Part shown: positions 10,129-18,004 of the stretch, one piece after another
How positions within the stretch are numbered: the first letter of the stretch is position 1
Layout of the letters: the number at the start of each line of letters is the position of its first letter
Assembly: GCA_965198945.1 (NCBI GenBank)
Contig: CBDAQI010000001.1
Span: 128,001-192,000, forward strand
Length of the DNA: 64,000 bases
Direction: 5' to 3'
Origin: Thermodesulfobacteriota bacterium
GTDB taxonomy: Bacteria > Desulfobacterota_D > UBA1144 > Nemesobacterales > Mycalebacteriaceae
Translations under genes and position numbers: made by a program
The notes under the pieces: model-generated
Database searches by the model: none
What the model was told of the DNA's origin: nothing
What the model saw: the letters and a program-made list of their open reading frames with translations, nothing else

Positions 10129-11490
10129 GTGGGTAAAATGTCAACTGTTACAGGCGTTCCAACGAGCGAGGATTCAGAAAGAGCCGTTCTGGGCGCAATA
10201 ATGCTTGAAAACTCGTGCATAAACGAGGTTCTTGAAATCATAGAGCCCGAAGATTTCTACACCAAATCAAACAAGACAATTTTTGAGGCGATGATTGAAC
10301 TTGACAGAGAGGGAAAGCCCCTTGATGTGCTCACCGTTTCCGAACATCTGAGCGCCTCTGCTCACGACCGCCTGGGCGAAGTGGGCGGAAACCACTACAT
10401 AACCCTCCTTGCGGACATTGTTCCAACATCTTCAAATGTCGCACACTACGCAAAGACCGTGAAAGACGCCTCTCTTTTGAGGCAAATAATTCAGACAGGC
10501 GGTGAGATCGCGCGCCGCGGGGGCGGCGGTGTAAGCCCCGAAGAGCTTCTTGACCACGCCGAAACCAGAATAATGGAGATAGCACGCAAAAGGGTGCGGT
10601 CGGCGTTTTCGTCTCCGCCGGAACTTGCCGCGCGAACCCTTGAGCACATAGAAGAGGCGCAGAAGAAAAAAGCGGCCATTACGGGACTGTCAACCGGGTT
10701 TAAGAAAATTGACGAGCTCACTTCCGGTTTTCAGCCGGGTGACCTCGTAGTTGTGGCGGCGCGTCCGAGCCTGGGTAAAACCTCTTTTTGTCTGAACGTA
10801 GCCGAGCACATAGGAACCCAACTGGGCGCAAAAGTTGCGGTTTTCTCTCTTGAAATGACCGAGGTTCAGCTTGTGCAGAGAATTTTTTCAATGATGTCAC
10901 AGGTTAATTTTTCAGACATCAGAAGCGGGCGCCTGAAAGAAGCCGACAAAGACAAAGTCGCCGCCGCGTCAGTGCAGTTCGGAAAATCACAGATATTCAT
11001 AGATGACAGCGCCGGACAGACCGCTTTTGAAATTCGCGCCAAATGCAGACGCCTTCAAAAAGACAAGGGCCTTGACATTGTTTTTGTTGACTATCTGCAG
11101 CTTATGAGAGGAGACCAGAGGGAGCAGAACAGGGAAAGGGAGATCGCCCAAATTTCATATTCCCTAAAAGCCCTTGCCAAGGAACTCAATATACCCGTGG
11201 TTGCGGTTTCACAGCTCAGCAGGCAGACCGAAACCCGCACCGACCGCAGGCCGCAGCTTTCGGATTTGAGAGAAAGCGGCGCCATAGAGCAGGACGCGGA
11301 TGTGGTAATTTTCATACATCGCACAGATTTCTACGCCAAAGACGACGATGAGAAAAACGGCGAAGCCGAAATAATTATCGGCAAGCAGAGGAACGGGCCC
11401 CTCGGAGTGGCGAGACTCGCGTTTCTTGAAAAAGCGGGTGTGCCGGGATTTGCCGAGCTGGCATATGGTTATGAAGACTATGATATGTAG
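10129..11490 (+). CDS. dnaB: Replicative DNA helicase
   Basis: AARPSLGKT, FSLEM, VDYLQL, SQLSR, RPQLSDLRESGAIEQDAD, KQRNGP. Confidence 0.98.
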   Translation: MGKMSTVTGVPTSEDSERAVLGAIMLENSCINEVLEIIEPEDFYTKSNKTIFEAMIELDREGKPLDVLTVSEHLSASAHDRLGEVGGNHYITLLADIVPTSSNVAHYAKTVKDASLLRQIIQTGGEIARRGGGGVSPEELLDHAETRIMEIARKRVRSAFSSPPELAARTLEHIEEAQKKKAAITGLSTGFKKIDELTSGFQPGDLVVVAARPSLGKTSFCLNVAEHIGTQLGAKVAVFSLEMTEVQLVQRIFSMMSQVNFSDIRSGRLKEADKDKVAAASVQFGKSQIFIDDSAGQTAFEIRAKCRRLQKDKGLDIVFVDYLQLMRGDQREQNREREIAQISYSLKALAKELNIPVVAVSQLSRQTETRTDRRPQLSDLRESGAIEQDADVVIFIHRTDFYAKDDDEKNGEAEIIIGKQRNGPLGVARLAFLEKAGVPGFAELAYGYEDYDM

Positions 11491-11498
11491 GCGGCCGC

Positions 11499-12137
11499 CT
11501 AAACAAGAAGCGGCTTGATTTTTCTCTTTTCCGCCGTTTCGGCTTTGTGAAGGTCGCCGTTTTTCTGCCACTCGGCGAACTTGTCAAAGATTTTTTTCAG
11601 TCTGTTTTGAACCGATTTCCATTTCGGATTCCATTCGTGGGTTTTTTCCAAGTCTTCAAAGAATGTTTTGAGAAAGAACTCTCTCTCTTCAAGCAGTCCC
11701 TTCTCCGCAATCCATCCGGTGCGCGCGACTGCGTAACCGCAGGCAAAACCCACCGCAATCGTGCCGCTGAGACCGAGATTTTCAACCGCTTTTGTCACGA
11801 GTTCAATGTGGCAGTAAAGAGACTGCGGATTTTTATAGCCACGCTCAGGCATCAGCGCATCCATTTCAAGCAGGTTTTTGACAAAATACATCGGGTAGTA
11901 GGTCGGGCTGTTCGTATCAACCGATTTTGTGGCGCACATAAGCGGCTTTTTAATTATCACATCCCCGTCTATTACGCCTACCATAAAACTCTCCGGATCA
12001 AACTCTCCGGCGTTGCCGCACAACTCAAGGCTTGCGGAAATTTTGCTCCACTCCCTGCGGGCGATTTCCATGGCAGATTCTATGCGCCCGAATCCGGCAC
12101 CGTCCACCAGATCGTCAAGGTTTGTTTCAGTGTTCAT
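11499..12137 (-). CDS. Hypothetical protein
   Basis: ~212-aa ORF overlapping the 3' end of the glycerate kinase gene (coupled arrangement); start uncertain. Confidence 0.55.
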   Translation of the reverse strand: MNTETNLDDLVDGAGFGRIESAMEIARREWSKISASLELCGNAGEFDPESFMVGVIDGDVIIKKPLMCATKSVDTNSPTYYPMYFVKNLLEMDALMPERGYKNPQSLYCHIELVTKAVENLGLSGTIAVGFACGYAVARTGWIAEKGLLEEREFFLKTFFEDLEKTHEWNPKWKSVQNRLKKIFDKFAEWQKNGDLHKAETAEKRKIKPLLV

Positions 12138-13470
12138 TTTTCCCATCAGGGGGCTCCACAAGCGCGATTCCGATATCCATGACGTTTGTTCCCGTGGGGC
12201 CCGTTTTAATCAAATCCCCCAGAGAATCAAAAAAAGAGTATGCATCGTTATCCATCAGGTGGTCCCGTGCGCTTATTCCTCTTTTGCGCGCCAGCAGACG
12301 GGAATCTCCGTCGCATATGGCGCCCGCCGCGTCCGTGGGGCCGTCTATTCCGTCCGTTCCCGCAAAAAGCCCCACTATGTTTGCGTGTCCGACAACCTCC
12401 ATACAGAAAGAAAGAGCTGTTTCGGTGTTTCTTCCCCCTTTGCCTTTCCCTTTCACATTCACGGTTGTTTCTCCGCCGAAAATGACACACGCGGGCGTAT
12501 TGAGCGGTCTTCCGAATCGCTCAATGTCCAGCGCCACTGCCGCCACGCATTTAGCCACCTCTCTCGCCTCGCCTTTTAACTGTGATGACAGGGCGAGGGT
12601 TGAGTAGCCGAGTTCCCGCGCTTTTTTCTCCGCGGCACAAATGCACTTGCAGTTGTTGCCTATTATCACGGTCTGCGTCCGCGCGTCTTCCGGAATTTCA
12701 GGCGCCGCGCTTTCTTCTCTGAGTCCTCTTTCAAGCTCAACCACAACTTTCGGCGGAATCTGATGTTCAACCCCGAGCGCCTCAATCACGCGCCATGCCT
12801 CCTTAAAGGTTGTGGTGTCCGCAACGGTCGGCCCCGACGCTATCATCTCAAGGTTGTCTCCCATGACATCTGAAAGAATCAGGGTTGCGATTTCTGAAGG
12901 AAGCGCCTGCCTCAAAAGCCCCCCGCCTTTTATGCTTGAAAGTTTTTTCCTGACCGTGTTGAGCCCGTATGTGTCAACCCCGGAAAGAAGCAGCTGCTCG
13001 GTAACCTTACGTTTGTCTTCAAGCGAGAGCCCTTTCCGGGGCATTGCGAGCATTGAGCTTCCTCCGCCGGAGATAAGGAACAGCACGAGGTCGTCTGCGC
13101 CGGTTTTTTCAAGCAAACTCATAATTTCCCGGGCGGCGCGGAAGCTTTTTTCATCGGGGAAGGGGTGGCTTGACAGCATGAATTTCAGTCGCCTGAACTT
13201 TGTGTGCGGCGTGGAATTTGAAACCACAATTCCTTCCGTGATTCTTTCTCCAAGCAGTTTTTCGGCGGCTTCCGACATTGACCCGGCCGCTTTGCCGAAT
13301 GAGATCAAATAGACCCCCGCATAAGATGAAAGATCGTAGGTTTTTCCGTCAATCTTCAGTTCGGAGCCTTCAACCGATACATGCTCAAACATGCATCTCT
13401 CCGGATTGACCGCGTCAATCGCCGCTTCAAATATCGCCGCCGTGTGCTCTCTGAGGATTTTGTTTGACAT
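12127..13470 (-). CDS. Glycerate 2-kinase (GckA/TtuD/MOFRL family)
   Basis: GKAAGSM, HPFPD, ISGGGSS, LILSDV, IASGPT, GGETTV, GGRN, GTDGIDG, TGPTGTNVMD. Confidence 0.95.
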   Translation of the reverse strand: MSNKILREHTAAIFEAAIDAVNPERCMFEHVSVEGSELKIDGKTYDLSSYAGVYLISFGKAAGSMSEAAEKLLGERITEGIVVSNSTPHTKFRRLKFMLSSHPFPDEKSFRAAREIMSLLEKTGADDLVLFLISGGGSSMLAMPRKGLSLEDKRKVTEQLLLSGVDTYGLNTVRKKLSSIKGGGLLRQALPSEIATLILSDVMGDNLEMIASGPTVADTTTFKEAWRVIEALGVEHQIPPKVVVELERGLREESAAPEIPEDARTQTVIIGNNCKCICAAEKKARELGYSTLALSSQLKGEAREVAKCVAAVALDIERFGRPLNTPACVIFGGETTVNVKGKGKGGRNTETALSFCMEVVGHANIVGLFAGTDGIDGPTDAAGAICDGDSRLLARKRGISARDHLMDNDAYSFFDSLGDLIKTGPTGTNVMDIGIALVEPPDGKNEH

Positions 13471-13481
13471 ATTACGCCTTT

Positions 13482-13955
13482 TTATTTTTTCCTCAGATCT
13501 TCAAGGATTCTGTCCACTGATTCGCGCGTCAGTTTTTCATGCAGAACATTGTCAACCAGCATAACCGGAGCGGTTCCGCAAGACGCGAGGCATTCGGCTT
13601 CCATGACGGTTATCTTACCGTCCGCGGTGGTTTCGCCCGAGGAGATTCCGAGCTTTTCATAGATGTATTGCTCAACCTCCTCCGCGCCTCTGAGAGCGCA
13701 TGAAAGAGTTCTGCAGATCCAGACAATGTGTTTCCCGACCGGTTTTGTGAAGAACATCGTGTAGAAAGTGGCAACATTCTGAACGCTTGCCGGAGGGATG
13801 CTTAAAATTTCCGCGACTTCAAGCATGGATTCTTCCGGCAGCCATCCGAGCCTTTTTTGAACGGCCCAGAGCGCCGGAATCAAAGCGGAGCGGGGATTTT
13901 CAGCTTCGCTTCTGATTTGCTGTATCTTAACCTTTGTTTCAGGGGGCAGAGGCAT
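13482..13955 (-). CDS. nuoE: NADH-quinone oxidoreductase subunit E (2Fe-2S)
   Basis: VATFYTMF, C..LSC.LRG, ECLASCGTAP. Confidence 0.93.
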   Translation of the reverse strand: MPLPPETKVKIQQIRSEAENPRSALIPALWAVQKRLGWLPEESMLEVAEILSIPPASVQNVATFYTMFFTKPVGKHIVWICRTLSCALRGAEEVEQYIYEKLGISSGETTADGKITVMEAECLASCGTAPVMLVDNVLHEKLTRESVDRILEDLRKK

Positions 13956-14179
13956 TTGGAAACGCTGTTTTTTGTGATTGAAACTCAGGCTAAAGCTATA
14001 CTACTGAAAGGGACGGTCAAGGTTAGGGACTGCCGGACAGTTTTCCAAAACGTAAGAATGGTTCTGTTAGCCGTCAAGATAATTCGGGAAAAGGTTCGCC
14101 GGTTTTTATAAATGGCGAATTTTTCCTGATTTCAAAGTTTCAGAAGCAGGGGGTAGAGTGTATTGATGGAGAATGAATA

Positions 14180-15592
14180 ATGGACGGAGACACTTTCAAA
14201 GAATTACTTTCTGTTCCTGGTGAAGATGAACATATTGAGTTCAAGGAGGCTAAAAACCAGTATAGCGTGGAAAGTCTCTTGGAATACTGCGTGGCATTTG
14301 CAAACGAAGGTGGAGGAAAACTTGTTCTTGGAGTGACAAATAACACTCCGAGACAGGTTGTTGGTACAAGAGCGTTTTCCGGTTCTAAACTGGTTGAGGT
14401 CAAACAGCAAATTATAGAAAGGCTTCATATTTGGGTTGATGTTGATGAGATTCTACACGAATATGGGCGTGTGCTTGTTTTTAAAATACCTTCAAGACCC
14501 ACAGGCCTTGCTTTAGAGTATAAAGGTGCATATTTGATGAGGTCCGGCGGAAGTTTGGTTTCCATGACATCCGACAGATTAAACTCAATTTTTGCCGAGG
14601 ATGTGGAAGATTGGTTTCAAAAAACGGCAATTGGAGAATTGTATGCAGAGCAGGTCATAGACTTGCTTGATACCCAAATCTATTTTCAACTCATCAAATT
14701 GCCTTATGCCGAAACCCAAAAGGGGGTTTTGGAACGCCTCTTAAGCAATGGTTTGGTGGAACAAAGAGGCGATAGATGGGGTATTACCAACATGGGAGCA
14801 ATACTGCTGGCAAAGGACCTGGAGCGGTTTCCGACACCAGTTGCGCGGAAAGCCCCACGCTTCGTCATTTATGATGGTAATGACAAACTCAATACGCGCG
14901 AAGATATACAAGGCCGTCGCGGCTATGCGGTTGGTTTTGAAAGTTTGGTTGAATTAATTCATCAGACAGCTCCTCAGAACCGTATTGTTGAGGAGACGGT
15001 GCGTGAGGAGGTCAAAATGTTTCCCTTGCAGGCAATACGTGAGTTGGTTGCCAATGCTCTAATACATCAGGATTTCACAATTACCGGAACTTCTGTGATG
15101 ATAGAAATGTATTCAGACCGTCTGGAGATTTCCAATCCGGGAAAACCACCCATAGAACCCGAGAGGTTTATTGATGAAGAGAAGTCTCGTAACGAAAGAC
15201 TGGCACATACTATGCGGCAACTTGGTATATGTGAAGAGAAAGGCAGTGGTATTGACAAGGTTGTTGATAATGTAGAAGCCTATCAATTACCCGCACCCGT
15301 GTTTAGAGTCCAGGAAATTCATACGAGAGTGGTTTTGTTTGCTTATCAAGAATTTTCCGAGATGACCCGTGCAGACCGTATACGTGCTTGCTATCAACAT
15401 TGTTGCTTGCGTTATGTTTACGGTCAACAAATGTCCAACCATTCACTCAGAAAGCGTTTTAATCTTGAAGATGACAAAATGGCTACTGCCTCACAAGTCA
15501 TCACAGCAACAAAGAATGAAGGCTTAATCAAGCCTGACTATAGTGAATCAATGTCAACAAGACACATTCGCTATGTACCTTTCTGGGTATAG
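14180..15592 (+). CDS. Schlafen/AlbA_2 domain + HATPase_c_4 (RecG C-terminal-like) protein
   Basis: EHIEFKEAK, AFANEGGGKLVLGVT (AlbA_2); AIRELVANALIHQDF, DRLEISNPG, RNERLA, EEKGSGIDK (HATPase_c_4); lower GC than its flanks. Confidence 0.88.
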   Translation: MDGDTFKELLSVPGEDEHIEFKEAKNQYSVESLLEYCVAFANEGGGKLVLGVTNNTPRQVVGTRAFSGSKLVEVKQQIIERLHIWVDVDEILHEYGRVLVFKIPSRPTGLALEYKGAYLMRSGGSLVSMTSDRLNSIFAEDVEDWFQKTAIGELYAEQVIDLLDTQIYFQLIKLPYAETQKGVLERLLSNGLVEQRGDRWGITNMGAILLAKDLERFPTPVARKAPRFVIYDGNDKLNTREDIQGRRGYAVGFESLVELIHQTAPQNRIVEETVREEVKMFPLQAIRELVANALIHQDFTITGTSVMIEMYSDRLEISNPGKPPIEPERFIDEEKSRNERLAHTMRQLGICEEKGSGIDKVVDNVEAYQLPAPVFRVQEIHTRVVLFAYQEFSEMTRADRIRACYQHCCLRYVYGQQMSNHSLRKRFNLEDDKMATASQVITATKNEGLIKPDYSESMSTRHIRYVPFWV

Positions 15593-15703
15593 AGGATTTG
15601 AGAAGTGCTTAAAAGCAAAAAGGAAATTATTGTGGAAAACTCAAAAAAATGTTTGAAATCAAGCAATTAAGTGCTTAAGGGCATTTAAGAGTGAGACATT
15701 TGT

Positions 15704-15880
15704 ATTAACGAAGCGGAAACAAGAACTGAACTGATTGATCCCATCCTCAACGGGTTATTGATAAAAGTCAAATACGTAGAGACTTTATAACTTGAAACAT
15801 GTCTTCAGGGATGGACGGGATGCGACTGTCAGTAGATATTAGAAGCGCATTTGAGAAGCTATTAGAAAAACTTTTTTGAA
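15704..15880 (+). pseudogene. hsdR: Remnant of a type I restriction enzyme R subunit (EcoAI/EcoEI-like N-terminus)
   Basis: Hand translation INEAETRTELIDPILNG, then frameshifted VIDKSQIRRDFIT*, resembling the HsdR start NEAETRAELIDP.L...GWG....I.RE.IT; no start codon, internal stops. Confidence 0.55.
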
Positions 15881-15901
15881 ATTGCCCTCAAAAGTGTTAC
15901 T

Positions 15902-16645
15902 TCACTTCAAATACTGAAACTGCGGATACACAAAACTTCCTTTCATCCAGACCGCCCATGTCGGGTCGGCTATGGGTTTGAGTTTGTGCAGAGGATGTCC
16001 TTCCGGGGCGGTGATTTCTATTTTCGCGTTGCTTATCGCCTTTGTTGAGCCGAGGTATGGAATAGGATATTTGACGATTTCGCCGTTTTTCATCCCGAAA
16101 TAATTCAAGTGTCCGCCTTCGGGGTTTTCAAGTTTTTTTCCAACCACTTTTGCTTCGGCTTTGATGAACTTTTCTCCGTCCACTTTCAGGGTTGTTTTGA
16201 GTTTTCCCCCTCTTACGCGGGTTTTTGTCTCTCCGGATTCCGCGGGAATTCCCGCCCTCTTTGCAAATTTTCTCATCTTATCCGAGCTGTTGAAATAATA
16301 AACAAAATATCTGCCCGGGTAACCACTTTCCCTGTCCATCACATATGAGTAATGTCCCTCCACTTCAATTGTCAGATATGTGAGCGTGTATGCTCCGAAT
16401 CCCGAAGTTTGAAGGGCTTTGGGAACCGTATACATGTTGATTACCACATGCCCGTTCGGATGGGGGTCCAGACCTTCCGGAAGAATCTCTTTCAGCGCCT
16501 GTGGTTCAGCCTTGTATGCCGCAATGAACATCCATGCGTTTGTTACAAGCTGCGGAGCGGGAAGCGGTTCGGGTGTTTTTGCGGCGCCGGCGCTCCAGAA
16601 CGGAAACATCAGCATCAGCAGGGCGAGAACAATTCTTTTTCTCAT
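15902..16645 (-). CDS. Secreted protein, probable acetoacetate decarboxylase (ADC)-like fold
   Basis: Signal peptide MRKRIVLALLMLMFPFWSAGA; Y.A.P.AL..ILP.GL.P, G.YT..YL.IEV pattern. Confidence 0.55.
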   Translation of the reverse strand: MRKRIVLALLMLMFPFWSAGAAKTPEPLPAPQLVTNAWMFIAAYKAEPQALKEILPEGLDPHPNGHVVINMYTVPKALQTSGFGAYTLTYLTIEVEGHYSYVMDRESGYPGRYFVYYFNSSDKMRKFAKRAGIPAESGETKTRVRGGKLKTTLKVDGEKFIKAEAKVVGKKLENPEGGHLNYFGMKNGEIVKYPIPYLGSTKAISNAKIEITAPEGHPLHKLKPIADPTWAVWMKGSFVYPQFQYLK

Positions 16646-16743
16646 AACGGACTCCGTTAACAAAAACTAACATTCTTTAACCGAAACGGGGTATTGGCGC
16701 AAGGGTGTTTGAATTGAAGAACACGCTGGGCTATTCTTGCATT

Positions 16744-17307
16744 GTGCCGAAAAGACGCATAACAAAAGTTTATACAAAGACCGGCGACGGGGGACAAACC
16801 TCTCTTGTGGGAGGCGCCAGAGTGGAAAAAGACTCCGCCAGAGTCGGGGCTTACGGCGATGTTGATGAACTGAATTCGTCTCTGGGAATTGTGCGGGCTT
16901 TCTGCCGGGAAGGAAAAATCCTCTCCATAGTCTCGGAAATTCAAAACGATCTTTTCATCCTCGGTTCAGACCTTGCCGCTCCGCACGGGGTTGACACCGC
17001 CAGGATTGACCGTGCGCGCGTTAAAAAACTTGAGGGATGGATTGACGATTTTCTTGAAGATATGGAAACACTCAAAGAGTTTATCCTTCCCGCCGGAAAA
17101 CCCGCCGGGGCGTTTTTTCATCTTTCCCGTTCAGTTTGCAGAAGGGCTGAGAGAAGCGCGCTCGCGCTTATGAAAGAAGAAAAATGCGGCCCCGAAGCCG
17201 TTGTGTATCTCAACCGGCTTTCCGACCTCCTTTTTGTTCTCGCCCGCGCGGCCAATATATGTGACGGATTTGACGAGGTTCCGGTTGATTTCGGTGGAAA
17301 AACTTGA
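16744..17307 (+). CDS. ATP:cob(I)alamin adenosyltransferase, PduO type
   Basis: KVYTKTGDGGQT, AYGDVDELNS, FILP.G, RSVCRRAER, YLNRLSDLLFVLAR. Confidence 0.95.
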   Translation: MPKRRITKVYTKTGDGGQTSLVGGARVEKDSARVGAYGDVDELNSSLGIVRAFCREGKILSIVSEIQNDLFILGSDLAAPHGVDTARIDRARVKKLEGWIDDFLEDMETLKEFILPAGKPAGAFFHLSRSVCRRAERSALALMKEEKCGPEAVVYLNRLSDLLFVLARAANICDGFDEVPVDFGGKT

Positions 17308-17972
17308 GAGACAAAGAAGAGCGAAAACTGCAAATAGTTCATCCCGAAATGGAATCCTATATGGACTCTCTTGTCCAAAACGGGGCTTTCCCGCCCGTTG
17401 ATGAAACACTTCTGGAGATGGAATCCCTTGCGGCAAAAAGAGATTTTCCCATAGTGGGGCGTCTTGCGGGCAGATTTATTTTTCAGCAGGCGCTTCTGCT
17501 CGGCGCCCGCTCGGTTTTTGAAATGGGCTCGGGATTCGGATATTCGGCTTACTGGTTTGCAAAAGCGGTCTGTAAAAAAGGCGGAACCGTGAAGTGCACC
17601 GACCTCTCCGCCGAAAACACGTCTCTCGGCGCGGATTTTATGAAAAAAGCGGGTTTTGAAAAAACCGTTTCCTTTCAAACTGGAGACGCGATTAATATTC
17701 TGGAAAAAACCGACGGGCCGTTTGATGTGGTTTTCAACGACATAGACAAAAAACTGTATCCCGAAGCGTTTGCCGCAGCGCGCCGGAAAATTGTCAAAGG
17801 AGGCCTTTTCATTGCGGATAACGCTTTCTGGGACGGCAGGGCCGCTCTTGCCGATGGCTCCGCCGACACCGAAGGGATAACCGTATTCAACAAAACAGTT
17901 ATGTCCGACCCCGAGTTTCTTACGGTTCAGGTTCCGATAAGAGACGGTGTCTCGGTGAGTCTGAAACTTTAG
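17304..17972 (+). CDS. SAM-dependent O-methyltransferase (family 3)
   Basis: EMGSGFGYSA, FDVVFNDIDK, GGLFIADN, PIRDG. Confidence 0.9.
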   Translation: MRDKEERKLQIVHPEMESYMDSLVQNGAFPPVDETLLEMESLAAKRDFPIVGRLAGRFIFQQALLLGARSVFEMGSGFGYSAYWFAKAVCKKGGTVKCTDLSAENTSLGADFMKKAGFEKTVSFQTGDAINILEKTDGPFDVVFNDIDKKLYPEAFAAARRKIVKGGLFIADNAFWDGRAALADGSADTEGITVFNKTVMSDPEFLTVQVPIRDGVSVSLKL

Positions 17973-18004
17973 TGGAAGCTGACAACATAAAAAGGTGACT
18001 CACA

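Noticed and set aside
15603..15678. CRISPR-like repeat (AAGTGCTTAA twice)
   Set aside because: Only two 10-bp copies; no array or cas genes
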